64,000 bases of DNA, taken from assembly GCA_041489155.1 (NCBI GenBank), contig JBGPQP010000006.1, forward strand, positions 1,338 to 65,337, read 5' to 3'. Each line of letters begins with the position of its first letter. Position 1 is the first letter of the stretch. This document shows positions 63,171 through 64,000 of this stretch, piece after piece. Under the pieces are notes generated by a model that did no database searches, had not been told where the DNA came from, and saw nothing but the letters and a program-made list of their open reading frames with translations. This DNA is from Candidatus Aenigmatarchaeota archaeon (GTDB taxonomy: Archaea > Aenigmatarchaeota > Aenigmatarchaeia > QMZP01 > QMZT01). The position numbers and the translations under genes are program-made.

Positions 63171-64000
63171 TTAGGAAGGCCCAAGCTTTGGCCACATTGG
63201 TTTTTTTGTTCCTAAAGCAATTCCGGCAGCAACAACAACTATCACAACAGCCGCTATCAGCCACGCATAAGGATTGGCAGCAGAGAATTCTGCGGCTTCC
63301 TCTTTGCATTTCCCGTCTCCGCAGCCGTGCTCGCAGCTCTCCTTCGTCGTCCAGCTCTTACCGTCAGCAGCGCATTCCTGCAATTCATTTCCTTCGCATC
63401 TTTTCTCCATCGGAGCGCAAGCCGTGGCCTCTTGCACCTCGCCGGTAATCGAGAATATCGAGAAGCCGGGGGTTTCGACCTGATATTCGAAATAGTTGGA
63501 TTCCTCATTTTTTAGTTCCGTATTTAATTTCTGCCAGTTGTCGTTGTAATATCTATTTAGAACAACAGTAGCTTTGTTTATCGAATTATCATTCAGCCAA
63601 AATTTATCCACCTTGAATCTTATTTTGCCGGATTCGATATTCGAATCGTTGAGATTGTAATAAGTTATGTTCAGGTACTGGTAAACACTTCCTTCCGGTT
63701 CTTTTAGAATAAATGACGGCCTGTTTGCCAGTTTCTTTATGTCTATTGCCACATTCTCAATTTCGTTCTTTACTTTTACCCATACCTGATGTACGGGCAA
63801 ACCAGTATCGTTAATGATGAATCCTGTATCCACTCCTGCGTCTATTTTCTCGAAATACCACGTCACATTCTCGAAAACTCTGCTCTTGTTCTGGACAGTA
63901 ATACTTGGCGGCAGAGAAGAGCCTGATGGGCTCCCGCCGGAGGGCGCCGACGAGCAGGTCTGGACGACTGCGCTCCTGTTAACAGTCGTCCTGCAACCGT
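63171..64000 (-). CDS. PGF-pre-PGF-domain surface protein, 5'-truncated by the window edge, with a Cys-rich stalk and C-terminal TM
   Basis: The frame stays open upstream of the GTG at 63866 to position 64000. The ..VYQYLNITYYNL....I..GKIRFKVDKFWL......VVLNRYY.NWQKL.T........YFEYQVETPGFSIFSITG pattern matches PGF-pre-PGF. C-terminal NPYAWLIAAVVIVVVAAGIALGTKK anchor. Confidence 0.75.
   Translation of the reverse strand, partial: GCRTTVNRSAVVQTCSSAPSGGSPSGSSLPPSITVQNKSRVFENVTWYFEKIDAGVDTGFIINDTGLPVHQVWVKVKNEIENVAIDIKKLANRPSFILKEPEGSVYQYLNITYYNLNDSNIESGKIRFKVDKFWLNDNSINKATVVLNRYYNDNWQKLNTELKNEESNYFEYQVETPGFSIFSITGEVQEATACAPMEKRCEGNELQECAADGKSWTTKESCEHGCGDGKCKEEAAEFSAANPYAWLIAAVVIVVVAAGIALGTKKPMWPKLGPS

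Noticed and set aside
1-64000. CRISPR arrays, transposases, integrases, rRNA genes
   Set aside because: I looked for regularly spaced direct repeats, terminal inverted repeats and recombinase motifs and found none. The only recurring short repeat is the intron-type hairpin.

Overview
Archaeal chromosome segment, annotated by eye with no searches run. Archaeal markers include eS4, eL30, eS1, an eL41-like ORF, aIF1, Rpp29, aEF-2, PCNA, RadB, diphthine synthase, TruD and an S-layer protein. The compact layout, rearranged ribosomal operons, frequent GGAGGU Shine-Dalgarno sites and many surface proteins suggest a small-genome, possibly DPANN-like lineage; this is a weak inference. Content falls into five groups. 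(1) Housekeeping genes: radB, topoisomerase IA, pcn, ahcY, metG, dph5, truB/truD, pckA, a RecJ-like DHH protein and an ArsA/Get3 ATPase. (2) A 21-gene translation cluster (37.2-48.6 kb) in which L4...S8 runs directly into L30e-NusA-S12-S7-EF2. (3) Surface genes: a 1410-aa cadherin-like protein with a very dense N-glycosylation sequon load, a divergent five-gene secretome cluster (10.3-19.0 kb), an S-layer gene followed by a five-gene glycosyltransferase island, an A24 prepilin peptidase and a PGF-pre-PGF protein. (4) Six tRNA genes, all interrupted. (5) Three sub-60-aa ORFs missed by the track: a zinc finger, an eL41-like protein and a 2-TM peptide. The strongest signal is the tRNA set. Ser, Leu, Gly, initiator Met, Thr and Pro carry at least nine insertions. 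Several lie at non-canonical D-loop, T-loop (59/60) and variable-arm positions, and five fold into bulge-helix-bulge motifs by hand. A shared intron hairpin module (UAAGCYYUUU...AAARRGCYUA) recurs in two introns and twice outside any tRNA at 37.0 kb. Other leads are a small protein ending in a ribosomal-stalk-like GFGALFG tail, a Get3-centred four-gene cassette, and an initiator tRNA abutting a lipoprotein start codon. No CRISPR array, transposase or integrase was seen.
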